Source of the DNA: Alphaproteobacteria bacterium | GTDB lineage: Bacteria; Pseudomonadota; Alphaproteobacteria; UBA828 | Direction: 5' to 3' | Length of the DNA: 64,000 nucleotides | Assembly (NCBI GenBank): GCA_965221125.1 | Contig: CBDCRW010000006.1 | Location: 32,001 to 96,000, forward strand | In this document: one piece after another, positions 43,201-52,150 of the stretch | How the letters are laid out: every line of letters begins with the position of its first letter | Position numbering within the stretch: the stretch's first letter is position 1 | The notes under the pieces: model-generated | Database searches by the model: none | What the model was told of the DNA's origin: nothing | The model's input: the letters and a program-made list of their open reading frames with translations, nothing else | Translations under genes and position numbers: made by a program

Positions 43201-46200
43201 CTTCGTGGGAGACCAGCGCCAGCGCGCCGGGGACCGCCACCGCCTGCCAGAAGTTCCACGCCTCGGGCGTGAACGCCCCTTCGTCGTGCAGGAACAGGAT
43301 TTCCGCCGCGTGCCGGCGCAGCAGGCCGTCCTCCAGCGCGGAGGGCTCGCGCGCGGCGGGATCGAGGCAGTCGAAGCGGAGCGCGGCGTCGTGCCCGTGG
43401 AAGGCGTCGAAGTGCGCACGCGCGCCCGCCTCGTCGTCGCCGACGAGCCAGAACGCGCTCTGCACCTCCTCCCGCGAGAGATGGTCGATGCAGCGGTGAA
43501 GCACGGTCTGTTCCGGCTCCCGGCCACCGGCGAACTCCACGGCGTGGCGGGCGCGCACGTCGTCGCACCCGTCCGCCTGCTCGAGCGCGGCGAGCAGGGC
43601 GGCCGGCTCGACCTCGCCGTCGGGCAACGCGTCCACGATCGCGCGGCCGTCGGCCACGAACTTCGGCTGCCAGGCGATGCGGTGCTTGGTGTACGGCAGG
43701 TCGACCCGTCGCGGGTTCGAGATGAAGGAGATGTACTTCTCGATGTGAAGGATGAGGTCTCCGGTCTCACCGTCGTAGCAACTCAAGCTGCCGGAAACCC
43801 ACTCCCCCGTCGGCACCGTGTATTGGCCCTTGTCGTCGACCTCGTACCGAATGCCGTCGGGATAGGTCACGCGGCACGTCATTCGCGGCACCGTGGGTGG
43901 GCGCAAGAAGGTCACGTTCTCGGCCCGACGCGGAATGGCAAAAAGATCGGCTCCGAGCATCAGGTCATAGAGATACGACTGCAATCCGCCGTCGAGCAGA
44001 GCCGGGAACAGGGTGTAGCCCTCTTCCTGGCCCGCTTGCCACAGGGCTTCGTCCACCTCGACATCGAAGAGCAGGAAATCGGTGGCGATCTCACGCCGCA
44101 GCCGACGCATGTTGCGGAAGTGGGGACCGTACTGGAAGGTTTCACCGAGAACCGTCTCGAAGCGTTCGTAGAGCTCGTCGTCCGACGCATAGGGCAGGGG
44201 CTCGTAGCGGGACTCGTCGATCTCCCTCACGTGTTCGGGCACGTCCGGCATGTGCTCAGGCCCGATGCGGCGCGCCCGGCCGCGGCAGTGCAGCTCGCAC
44301 TTCGCGTCGATGTCGTAGGGCTGGGTCGAGATGGTGACGGTGAATTCGCCGGGCGAGTTCGACACCGGCTGCAGGGCCGTCTGCAGCCGCAGCGGCGTCC
44401 TCGGAACAGGGCAGGGCTGGAGGAATTCCAGCATCTCGATGTGGACGGGTGCACCCTCCAGGGCCTGCAGAACAAGTTCGACAAAACCCGCGGCCGGCAT
44501 GATCGGCGCGTGGTGGACGCGATGCTCCGCCAGCCACGGAAACGCTCTTTCCGACAGCCGCGCTTCGAACAGGAGATGGTCGCTCGGGACGCGGTGGCCG
44601 ACCAGGGGCCCGTGCGCGTACTCGCTCTGCTGCAGGAAGAACTCGTCGTCCAGCGCCCTGTCGACGCTCTTCTGCTCGTCGCGCGGGTGCCCCGGCAGCA
44701 GAGGGACGATGGGGTCCGGCCTGGGATACTGGGCCGCGAAATCCAGCGATACGCCGGCCCTGAAGAGGGCGCCGAGCGCCTCGTGAAAGGCGAGGCGCGT
44801 ATCGGCGTCCCGCATGAGGGTCGGGACGGAGACGGGCGGCGATGCGGCGTCTTCCACGCATTGCGCGATGAGGGGCTGGAGCGCCGAGTGGGGTGCGAGC
44901 TCCAGCACCACGCCGGGCCGGTGCTCGCGCTTGACGGCCTCCATCGCTGCGGCAAAGCGGACCGGCTGGCGGATGTTCGACCACCAGTAGGCGCTGTCCA
45001 ACCGCTCCGTCTCGGTGCCCATCACCGACGAGACGAAGGGCACGTCCGCGTCGAAGGCGCGGCCGTCGAGGAAGGCGAGCGCGGCGAAGACATCGGCCTC
45101 GATAGCGTCCATCGCCCGGGAGTGGAAGGCGATGTTGCCCGGGATCAGGCGGTTCTGGAGGTTGCGGCGATCCAGCGCCGCCATCACCGTCCGCAGGTCG
45201 TCCTCCCGGCCGCAGATGACCGTGTTGGCCGGCGCGTTCTCGCAGGCGATCTCCACCCGGACGGGCCGGCCGCCGCCCTGGCGGAAGGGAACGTCCAGGC
45301 CGTCGAGCAGCTCCTCCACGCCCGGCCGGTCGAGGCCGATCGCCAGCATGCGGCCTGACCCCGCCACGCGCTGCTGCAGGGTGGCGCGATGGAAGACCAG
45401 GCGCGTCGCATCGGCGAGCGAGAGCGCGCCGCACGCGTACGCCGCGGCGACCTCGCCGGAGCTGTGGCCCACCACGCAGTCGGGATGGACGCCCCAGGTC
45501 TTGAACAGCTCCACCAGCGCGCACTGGATCATGAAGATGGCGGGCTGGGCGAGCTGAACCTCGTCGAGCTCGTCCTGGGGAGCCGAGAAGCAGGCCGCGC
45601 GCAGGGAGGTCTCCGCGTGTTCCCGCCAGTGCTCGTCGATGGCGTCGATGGCGCGGCGGAACACGGGATGCGCCTCGTAGAGCGCTTGGCCGCAGCCAGC
45701 CCACTGCGTGCCCTGCCCGGCGAAGACCATGGCCAGCCGGCGCTCACCCTCCTCCGCGCTGGCGATGGGAGCCTCTGCCTCTGCGAAGGCATCCAGCGCC
45801 TCGGTGAGCTCGGGCACGCTCCGCGCCACGAACGACGTGCGCGCGGCGAAATGGGTGCGGCGGCGGCTGAGATTGCCGGCGAGCGCGTAGAGGTCCACCG
45901 GCTCCTCGTCGAGCAGCCGGCGCAGGCGCCCCGCGCTCTCGACCAGCGCCTTCGGCGTGCGTGCCGAGAGCGGGATCATGTAGCCCGCCTCCGGCGCGAG
46001 CGGCAGCGACCAGAGCCGGGGCCGCGCCGGGCGGTACTCGCGCACCACGCAGTGGCCATTGGCGCCGCCGAAGCCGAAGGAGTTGATGCCGACGACGACG
46101 GGATGGTCGGGGAAGGGCTCACATTCCGTCTGCACCTCCATGGGGCCGCGCGCGAAGTCGATCTCCGGATTGGGCACCTGGAAGCTCTTCGACGTGGGCG

Positions 46201-47350
46201 CGAAGGTGCGCCGCTGCATCATCAGGATCACCTTGAGCAGGGCGCAGTGGAACGCGGCGGCCTCCATGTGCCCGACGTTGCTCTTGACGCTGGAGACCCT
46301 GAGGGGGACGTCGCGCCCGGACTCGCCGAACGCCTCGGCGATGGCGTTGCCCTCGATGCGGTCGCCGACCTCGGTTCCGGTGGCGTGGGCCTCGATGTAG
46401 TCGAACTCCCCCGGCGTCCGCGCGGCGCGGGCCGCGGCCTCGCGCATCAGCTCGATCTGGGCGTGGCGGGTGGGCGCGCTGATGAAGCGCCCCGGCGCGA
46501 GGCCGGCGGAGCCGTCGGCGGCGCCAGCCGCGTTCACCGCCGTCGCCTCGATCACGGCGTAGATCGGGTCGCCGTCGCGCTCCGCCGCCGCCAGCGGCTT
46601 GACGGCGAAGACGAACGCGCCCTCGGAGCGCATGTAGCCGTTGGCTGCGGCATCGAAGGAATGGCAGACGCCGTCCGGGCTGATGATGCCCATGAGGTTG
46701 AAACCGCTGCTCATCCGGGCGCTGCCGAGATAGGTGACGGCGCCGACGAGCGCCTGGTCGCAGTCGCCGCTGCCGAGCGCGTTCATCGCCGCGTGCAGCG
46801 CGGTCACGCCGGCGGAGCAGGCGGTGCAGTAGGTCGCCGACGAGCCCATGAGGTTGAAGTGGTAGGATACCCGGTTGGCCAGCATGGCCAAGCTGATGCC
46901 GCCGACGGAATACTCCGTGACGCCATGCTGCGGCCGCCAGTTGGAGACGGCGGGAACCTGGGAGCCGATGAAGACGCCGGTGGCGCTGTTGCGCAGGGAG
47001 TGGAGGTCCCAGCCGACATGCTCGATGGCCTCCCACGCGCAGTTCAGCAGCATCCTGACCTGCGGCTCGGTCTGCCGCAGTTCGTTATGGGACATGCCGA
47101 AGAAGGTGCGGTCGAAGAGCAATTCGTCTTCGTCGCGGATGAGCCCCTCATAAGGGCTTGCGAGGCGACCGGGGCCCGAAAACTTGCCTATGGGCAGATG
47201 GCCTCGTCCATAACGAACGCTTATCGGCTCCTGGACGATATCGCGCTCGCTGAGCAGGCGCCAGAACTCCGCATCCGAACGGATGCCGCCGGGCATGCGG
47301 TAGCCGTACCCGGTGATCGCAACCCCGCCGCTGATGTCACGAGCGTCCAT
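40289..47350 (-). CDS. swfA: Mono-modular reducing type I PKS/FAS KS-AT-DH-(linker/pseudo-MT)-ER-KR-ACP, SwfA-like
   Basis: KS TACSA, EAHATGT, KSNVGH; AT GQG, GHSSGE, IAFHS; DH HRVHHAPIMP; ER LIHSAMGGIG; KR GGLGGFG, YSAAN; ACP GLNSI; 2353 aa. Confidence 0.9.
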   Translation of the reverse strand: MDARDISGGVAITGYGYRMPGGIRSDAEFWRLLSERDIVQEPISVRYGRGHLPIGKFSGPGRLASPYEGLIRDEDELLFDRTFFGMSHNELRQTEPQVRMLLNCAWEAIEHVGWDLHSLRNSATGVFIGSQVPAVSNWRPQHGVTEYSVGGISLAMLANRVSYHFNLMGSSATYCTACSAGVTALHAAMNALGSGDCDQALVGAVTYLGSARMSSGFNLMGIISPDGVCHSFDAAANGYMRSEGAFVFAVKPLAAAERDGDPIYAVIEATAVNAAGAADGSAGLAPGRFISAPTRHAQIELMREAAARAARTPGEFDYIEAHATGTEVGDRIEGNAIAEAFGESGRDVPLRVSSVKSNVGHMEAAAFHCALLKVILMMQRRTFAPTSKSFQVPNPEIDFARGPMEVQTECEPFPDHPVVVGINSFGFGGANGHCVVREYRPARPRLWSLPLAPEAGYMIPLSARTPKALVESAGRLRRLLDEEPVDLYALAGNLSRRRTHFAARTSFVARSVPELTEALDAFAEAEAPIASAEEGERRLAMVFAGQGTQWAGCGQALYEAHPVFRRAIDAIDEHWREHAETSLRAACFSAPQDELDEVQLAQPAIFMIQCALVELFKTWGVHPDCVVGHSSGEVAAAYACGALSLADATRLVFHRATLQQRVAGSGRMLAIGLDRPGVEELLDGLDVPFRQGGGRPVRVEIACENAPANTVICGREDDLRTVMAALDRRNLQNRLIPGNIAFHSRAMDAIEADVFAALAFLDGRAFDADVPFVSSVMGTETERLDSAYWWSNIRQPVRFAAAMEAVKREHRPGVVLELAPHSALQPLIAQCVEDAASPPVSVPTLMRDADTRLAFHEALGALFRAGVSLDFAAQYPRPDPIVPLLPGHPRDEQKSVDRALDDEFFLQQSEYAHGPLVGHRVPSDHLLFEARLSERAFPWLAEHRVHHAPIMPAAGFVELVLQALEGAPVHIEMLEFLQPCPVPRTPLRLQTALQPVSNSPGEFTVTISTQPYDIDAKCELHCRGRARRIGPEHMPDVPEHVREIDESRYEPLPYASDDELYERFETVLGETFQYGPHFRNMRRLRREIATDFLLFDVEVDEALWQAGQEEGYTLFPALLDGGLQSYLYDLMLGADLFAIPRRAENVTFLRPPTVPRMTCRVTYPDGIRYEVDDKGQYTVPTGEWVSGSLSCYDGETGDLILHIEKYISFISNPRRVDLPYTKHRIAWQPKFVADGRAIVDALPDGEVEPAALLAALEQADGCDDVRARHAVEFAGGREPEQTVLHRCIDHLSREEVQSAFWLVGDDEAGARAHFDAFHGHDAALRFDCLDPAAREPSALEDGLLRRHAAEILFLHDEGAFTPEAWNFWQAVAVPGALALVSHEDGTVIEPAAGWTTLRTGRRSTLLQAPPHRVDAPDDAVLPGPRWVLGEPQSLATAWADLLDDPSVHPLPYEALASDDRLDPEACPHAADVHAIDVFFDRDAEDPTGEKAVSLFVAFIQSLVPYRIDEASCRCRVTVATRKAVLDAEDARGSALWGAVRSMAAEVAEEAKLDFRLVDLGSADDLKTLAWLARHDLRERELGVRDGRLWAPRVLSDRAPFPPVPAGEDPPYRLFLENAGQIAGLQMKTCEPPPLGPHHVEIDVAAAALNFRDVMVTLGLLPALAYERSALGREVGMEASGVVRRAGMAVDGLEPGDEVVFVDGGCIANRAVVGQHRVFPKPAGLSMEEAASSLSVYVTSYYALIHLARLRKGQRVLIHSAMGGIGQAAIALAGDVGAEVYATAGSESKREQLRALGVRAAFDSHSEDWYEGLMAATGGQGVDVVLNSLAGRHVSLCLEALRPGGWHCEIGKVDIYADSALGLRVFRKNLRFAAIDLDRLMVDDPLLSRELSQACLDLLDRGVVPPLPVTVFPYGDYAKALRLMTSGQHQGKLVLQAPPAGAAPDFPIDDRRPLLDPDATYLVTGGLGGFGQRLLPYLATAGARHLTLMDRDPERRRSETWLRRSTTLADIGKGIEIDLVQGDVALEADVRRCVADVKRPLKGVFHLAGALDDCLLADLSADSVARVFAPKARGALNLHRATAGLALDHFVMVSSTSSTFGNPGQINYSAANAYLDGLAACRRRDGLPALSYNLAAVADAGMAARNLGVLRLMKAAGMPPVSSYFAVANLDYALRTMGGSDHLITALFKRLLWSVDSADHMRTGRLMSNQDAFAVGTDERLTVDGVMAQIAAKVAELCGHDEGGLEEPLSSFGLNSISVAELGAFIQSEFGFQASALELMTTASCQSLAHAIVHGTETDDGTDADDEDGGTLDAPLAAARRVRRKPSVFASPPEDHFPPAPCSGNSAAKAMAAE

Positions 47351-47602
47351 GCAAAAGAACCCCGGCGAAAGGTGTCATTGACTCCGCATCAGAGACTTCC
47401 GGAACGCAAGCCGGCGATATCAGGTATCCAAGCAATCGTGCCGCGTTCCAAGCCTGTTCGATTGCCCTTCCTCCCCTTGATCGACACGTTATGTCCATAT
47501 CGTATAGTCCGCAGCCGCATCACCTCCAATAGCGATTTCTTAGCCGTTCCATAAGTATCGCTGATTGAGGACAGAAGCAGGATTCGCCCGCGCCAGCCGC
47601 CA

Positions 47603-48010
47603 TCAGCCTACGATCTCGCCGTCGACCATGGCGATCGCCTCGATCTCGATTTCGAGCTCGGGCAGCGCGAGGCCCGTGATCTCGACGATGGTGTCGGCCG
47701 GGTAGGGCGGCGTGAAATACTTCTCGCGGAGCGCCACGATCTTGCCGAAGTTGCCCATGTCCTTCAGGTAGATGTTCACCTTGACGATCTTGGCCAGGCT
47801 GGAGCCGCCGGCCTCCAGCACCGCCGCCAGGTTCTTGAAGGTCTGTTCGGCCTGCGCGTCGAAGTTGCCGACGCCGACGATGGTGCCGTCGAGGTCGATG
47901 GCGGTCTGGCCGGAGACGAAGATCAAATCGCCCACGCGGTAGGCCTGCGCCAGCTTGAAGGGCTCGTAGGGATCGGGGTCGGTCTTGATGCGAACGGCGT
48001 TATCGGCCAT
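47603..48010 (-). CDS. RidA/YjgF family protein
   Basis: IFVSGQ, IVKVNIYL, EIEIEAIA. Confidence 0.88.
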   Translation of the reverse strand: MADNAVRIKTDPDPYEPFKLAQAYRVGDLIFVSGQTAIDLDGTIVGVGNFDAQAEQTFKNLAAVLEAGGSSLAKIVKVNIYLKDMGNFGKIVALREKYFTPPYPADTIVEITGLALPELEIEIEAIAMVDGEIVG

Positions 48011-48130
48011 CGGTCTTCTCCCTCTCGGTCGCTGCGAAGCGGGGGTGCGAAACGGCATCCTCGCCGACCGCGCCGCCAGATGCTAGGACGCGCCGAGCCG
48101 CGACGGCGGCGCCAACAGGAGACCGACGAC

Positions 48131-48928
48131 ATGAGCGACACTGTGCTGATCGAGCGAGACGGCGGCATCGCCCGGGTGACCCTCAACCGGCCCGACGTGC
48201 TGAACGCGCTCGACGACGAGCTCTGCGATGCCCTGGTCGGCACGCTGGCCGGCGTGGAGCGCGATCCCGAGGTGCGCGTGATGGTGCTGCAGGGCGCCGG
48301 CGGCTACTTCATGGCGGGCGGCGACCTGCGCTCCTTCCACGCGCTGATCGAACGTGCGCCGGACGAGCGCCGGCGGCACTTCGAGACGATGATCGACCGG
48401 GTTCACGCGATCATCCGCATCATGCGGCGCATGCCGCAGCCGATCGTCGCCAGGATCGACGGCGCCGCCGGCGGCTTCGGGCTGAGCCTGGTTCTCGCCT
48501 GCGACCTCGCCGTCGCCGCGACCGACGCCATCTTCACCATGGCCTACTGCCGCATCGGCACCAGCCCCGACGGCTCTTCCACCTGGTTCCTGCCGCGCAC
48601 GGTGGGCGCCAAGAAGGCGATGGAGCTGGCGCTGCTCGGCGACCGCTTCGGCGCGCGCGAGGCGGAACGGCTCGGCATCGTGAACCGCGTCGTCTCCCCG
48701 CACAGGCTGGAGGAAGAGACGGACGCGCTCGCCCGCCGCCTCGCCGCCGGGCCTGCCCTGGCCTACGCCAACACCAAGCGGCTGCTCCAGGCCTCGCCCC
48801 ATGCGTCGCTCGAGGAACAGCTGCAGGCGGAAGGCGAGCGCTTCGCCGACTGCGCGGCGAGCGCGGATTTCGCCGAGGGTGTGCGCGCCTTCGTCGAGAA
48901 GCGCCGGCCCAGCTTCACCGGGCGCTGA
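48131..48928 (+). CDS. Enoyl-CoA hydratase/isomerase family protein
   Basis: LNRPDVLNAL, FMAGGDL, AGGFG, PDG, EGVRAFVEKRRP. Confidence 0.9.
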   Translation: MSDTVLIERDGGIARVTLNRPDVLNALDDELCDALVGTLAGVERDPEVRVMVLQGAGGYFMAGGDLRSFHALIERAPDERRRHFETMIDRVHAIIRIMRRMPQPIVARIDGAAGGFGLSLVLACDLAVAATDAIFTMAYCRIGTSPDGSSTWFLPRTVGAKKAMELALLGDRFGAREAERLGIVNRVVSPHRLEEETDALARRLAAGPALAYANTKRLLQASPHASLEEQLQAEGERFADCAASADFAEGVRAFVEKRRPSFTGR

Positions 48929-48931
48929 GCC

Positions 48932-49672
48932 ATGGGCGGCAGGCTCGCCGGCAAGACCGCGCTGATCACGGCGGCAGGGCAAGGGATCGGCCACGCGACC
49001 GCCGTGGCGTTCCAGAAGGAAGGGGCGCGGGTCTGGGCGACGGATATCGACGAGGCCAAACTCGCCGGCCTCGCCACGCTGGAGCGCGTCACCTGCCGGG
49101 CGCTCGACGTGCGCGACAGCGATGCCGTCGCCGCGCTGGCGGACGAGACCGGCGCGCTCGACGTGCTCTTCAACTGCGCGGGCCGGGTGCCCCACGGCGC
49201 GATCCTCGACTGCGCGGCGCAAGACTGGGCGGAGGCGCTCGACCTCAACGTGACCGCGATGTACCGGACGATCCGCGCCTTCCTGCCGGCGATGCTGGCG
49301 CAGGGCTCAGGCTCGATCATCAACATGGCGTCGGTGGTCTCGACGCTGAAGGCCGCGCCGGAGCGCTGCGCCTACCACGCCAGCAAGGCCGCGGTCTTGG
49401 GGCTCACCACGTCGGTCGCGTTCGACTACGCAGGCCGCGGCATCCGCTGCAACGCGGTCTGCCCCGGCGCGATCGATACCCCCTCCTTCGACGAGCGGAT
49501 GGATGCCCACGCCGAGCCCGAGGCCGCGCGCAGGGCCTTCATCGCGCGCCATCCGATCGGGCGGATCGGATCGCCGTCCGAGGTGGCGGCGCTCTGCGTC
49601 TATCTGGGGTCGGACGAATCCGCCTTCACCACCGGCCAGGCGCTGGTGATCGACGGCGCCTGGAGCCTGTGA
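48932..49672 (+). CDS. SDR family oxidoreductase (BDH2-like)
   Basis: TAAGQGIG, NCAG, YHASK, CPGAIDTP. Confidence 0.88.
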   Translation: MGGRLAGKTALITAAGQGIGHATAVAFQKEGARVWATDIDEAKLAGLATLERVTCRALDVRDSDAVAALADETGALDVLFNCAGRVPHGAILDCAAQDWAEALDLNVTAMYRTIRAFLPAMLAQGSGSIINMASVVSTLKAAPERCAYHASKAAVLGLTTSVAFDYAGRGIRCNAVCPGAIDTPSFDERMDAHAEPEAARRAFIARHPIGRIGSPSEVAALCVYLGSDESAFTTGQALVIDGAWSL

Positions 49673-49679
49673 CGGCCCG

Positions 49680-49815
49680 AGAGCGTTTCCGTCTCACACG
49701 GAAACGCTCTAAGCATTTATCGCTCACGGCAGCTGGCCGGCCTGCGCTTGCGCGCCGCATTCGCGGCGGGCCGCGGTCGCGGCCTGGAGCGCGTCCGTCA
49801 AAGCCGGACGCGCTC
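49680..49815 (+). repeat. Dispersed double-hairpin repeat, copy C
   Basis: AGAGCGTTTCCGT-N5-ACGGAAACGCTCT and GAGCGCGTCCG..CGGACGCGCTC hairpins, between convergent genes. Confidence 0.85.
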
Positions 49816-49833
49816 AAGACAGCCCGGACGGGG

Positions 49834-50727
49834 CTAACCCTCGGTCGCCTCCCGCGAATCCCGGCGCGATGCGACCAGCCCGAAGAGGGCGTTGGCCGCC
49901 ACCGAGGCCAGGATCACCACGGCGCCGATGAAGACCAGCGTGCCCGGAAGTTCGCCGAAGCCGAGCCAGACCCAGACCGGCGCGAAGACCGCGTCGATCA
50001 GCACGACGAAGATGAGCACCGGCGCTGGCAGGTAGCGCGCGGCGTAGAAGTAGAGGGTGAGCGCAGACGCGAGCTGCACCAGCCCGAGAGCCGCCATGAA
50101 CCCCACTTCGCGACCGGTCGCCTCGAACGGCAGCGCGAACGGCAGCGAGAGGAGGCCCGCGATCACCGCCGCCATCAGCACCGCCGGCTCCATCCGCCCG
50201 GTGCGGAAGCGGCGCGCGATCAGCGTCTGGATCGCGATAGCGGCGGCGATGGAAAGCGCGAGCAGGTTGCCGATCACGCCGCCGCCGCCCATGTCGCTCC
50301 AGAACATGACGCCGACGCCGCAGAGACTTCCCAGCATCGCGAGCCAGGTGCGGAGCGCCACCGGCTCGCCGAGGACCGGCTTGGCCAGCAACGCCACCAT
50401 GACGGTCGACGTCGTCATGATCGCGATCACGTTGGCGACCAGCGTGTACTGCATCGACAGCACGTAGGCGATGATCCCCCACGCCGTGGCGACGCCCACC
50501 GCGACCACCGGCCAGCCCGAGGCGCGGAGCAGCGGCCACACCCGCCCCCGCTCGCTCACGAGGAGGATCAGGAGGATGCCGAGCCCGGCGAAGAAGCAGC
50601 GGACGGCGATGATCTCCCACGGGTCGACCGACACCGAGCGGACGAAGAAGCCGCCCGTGCTGAAGCAGAGGCCTGAGACGATCGCGAGGCCGGCGCCGAC
50701 GAGCAGGCGGCGGCGGGCAGGGGTCAT
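49834..50727 (-). CDS. DMT/EamA family transporter
   Basis: About 10 hydrophobic segments in two repeats, LGE/FGE motifs. Confidence 0.85.
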   Translation of the reverse strand: MTPARRRLLVGAGLAIVSGLCFSTGGFFVRSVSVDPWEIIAVRCFFAGLGILLILLVSERGRVWPLLRASGWPVVAVGVATAWGIIAYVLSMQYTLVANVIAIMTTSTVMVALLAKPVLGEPVALRTWLAMLGSLCGVGVMFWSDMGGGGVIGNLLALSIAAAIAIQTLIARRFRTGRMEPAVLMAAVIAGLLSLPFALPFEATGREVGFMAALGLVQLASALTLYFYAARYLPAPVLIFVVLIDAVFAPVWVWLGFGELPGTLVFIGAVVILASVAANALFGLVASRRDSREATEG

Positions 50728-50852
50728 GGGCGGGCTCCCGTGTCACCCGATCCGTGCCGTGACTCGGGGCCGGGCGCCGGCATGGTAGCGCGTCGCGCCG
50801 TGCGGCGCTTGCCGGCGGATGACGCTGGCGCGGCGCTCTGGCATGGTGAGGC

Positions 50853-52097
50853 ATGAGCGAAGACCCGAAAATTCTTTTGCGCCGCCTGCTGGACGTGGCC
50901 CTTGCCAGCGCCCGGCCGGCGCGCTGCGTGCCGCCGCACCTGCCCGAGCCGCCCCCGGGCCGCACCGTGGTCGTCGGCGCGGGCAAGGCGGCAGCGACCA
51001 TGGCGCAGGCCGTGGAAGATCATTGGGAGGGTTCCCTCGAAGGCCTGGTCGTGACCCGCTACGGCCACCGCGTGCCGACGCGGGCGATCGAGGTGGTCGA
51101 GGCGGCGCATCCGGTGCCGGACGCCGGCGGGCGCGAGGCCGCTGCGCGTATCCTCGCCATGGCCGAGGGACTGGAGGCGGACGATCTCGCGCTCTGCCTC
51201 ATCTCGGGCGGCGGCTCGGCGCTGCTCACCCTGCCGGCGCCAGGGATCACGCTTGCGGACAAGCAGGCGGTGACCGGCGCGCTGCTTCGTTCGGGCGCCG
51301 CCATCGGCGAGATAAACGCCGTGCGCAAGCACCTCTCCGCCATCAAGGGCGGACGGCTGGGCGCGGCCTGCCACCCGGCGCGCCTCGTGAGCCTCCTGAT
51401 CTCGGACGTGCCGGGAGACGATCCCGCGGTGATCGGCTCAGGACCCACCGTGCCCGACCCCACCACCTTCGCGGACGCCCTCGGCGTGCTGCGAAAGTAC
51501 GGGATAGGCGAGCCCGCCGCCGTCATCCGGCACCTCGAGAGCGGGACGGAGGAGACGCCGAAGGAGGGCGATCCCCGGCTCGGCGGCGCCGAGACCCGGA
51601 TCGTGGCGACCCCCGCCATGGCGCTAGCCGCCGCCGCCGAGGTGGCGCGCGCGGCCGGCTACACGCCCGTCATCCTGGGCGATGCGCTGGAGGGCGAGGC
51701 GCGCGATCTCGCCCGCGAGCATGCGGCTCTCGCCCATGACGCGGCGCCCGGCACCGTGCTGCTCTCCGGCGGCGAGGCGACGGTGACCGTGACGGGCGAA
51801 GGCCGGGGCGGTCCCAACGCCGAGTACGCGCTGGCGCTCGCGCTCGCCCTCGACGGCGCGCCCGGCATCTTCGCCACCGCCTGCGACACCGACGGGATCG
51901 ACGGCACCGAGGACAACGCCGGCGCGCTCGTGGCGCCCGATACGCTCGCGCGGGGCCGGGCGGTGGGGGAGGACGCGGCAGGCCGGCTCGCCGCCAACGA
52001 CGCCTACGGCTTCTTCGCCGCGCTCGGCGACCTGGTGATGACCGGGCCGACGCTCACCAACGTCAACGACTTCCGCGCGATCCTCGTTCGCCGTTGA
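50853..52097 (+). CDS. ttuD: Glycerate 2-kinase (MOFRL/TtuD family)
   Basis: GAGKAA, AAHPVPD, ISGGGSAL, SDVPGDD, DTDGIDG, TGPTLTNVND. Confidence 0.9.
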   Translation: MSEDPKILLRRLLDVALASARPARCVPPHLPEPPPGRTVVVGAGKAAATMAQAVEDHWEGSLEGLVVTRYGHRVPTRAIEVVEAAHPVPDAGGREAAARILAMAEGLEADDLALCLISGGGSALLTLPAPGITLADKQAVTGALLRSGAAIGEINAVRKHLSAIKGGRLGAACHPARLVSLLISDVPGDDPAVIGSGPTVPDPTTFADALGVLRKYGIGEPAAVIRHLESGTEETPKEGDPRLGGAETRIVATPAMALAAAAEVARAAGYTPVILGDALEGEARDLAREHAALAHDAAPGTVLLSGGEATVTVTGEGRGGPNAEYALALALALDGAPGIFATACDTDGIDGTEDNAGALVAPDTLARGRAVGEDAAGRLAANDAYGFFAALGDLVMTGPTLTNVNDFRAILVRR

Positions 52098-52150
52098 CCG
52101 CCGGCGGCGGCCCGTCGATAACGGACACAAAGACCGCAGAGGCAGTTCCC

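Noticed and set aside
41399-47554. 1319 aa and 721 aa plus-strand ORFs
   Set aside because: Antisense to the PKS; no recognisable motifs.
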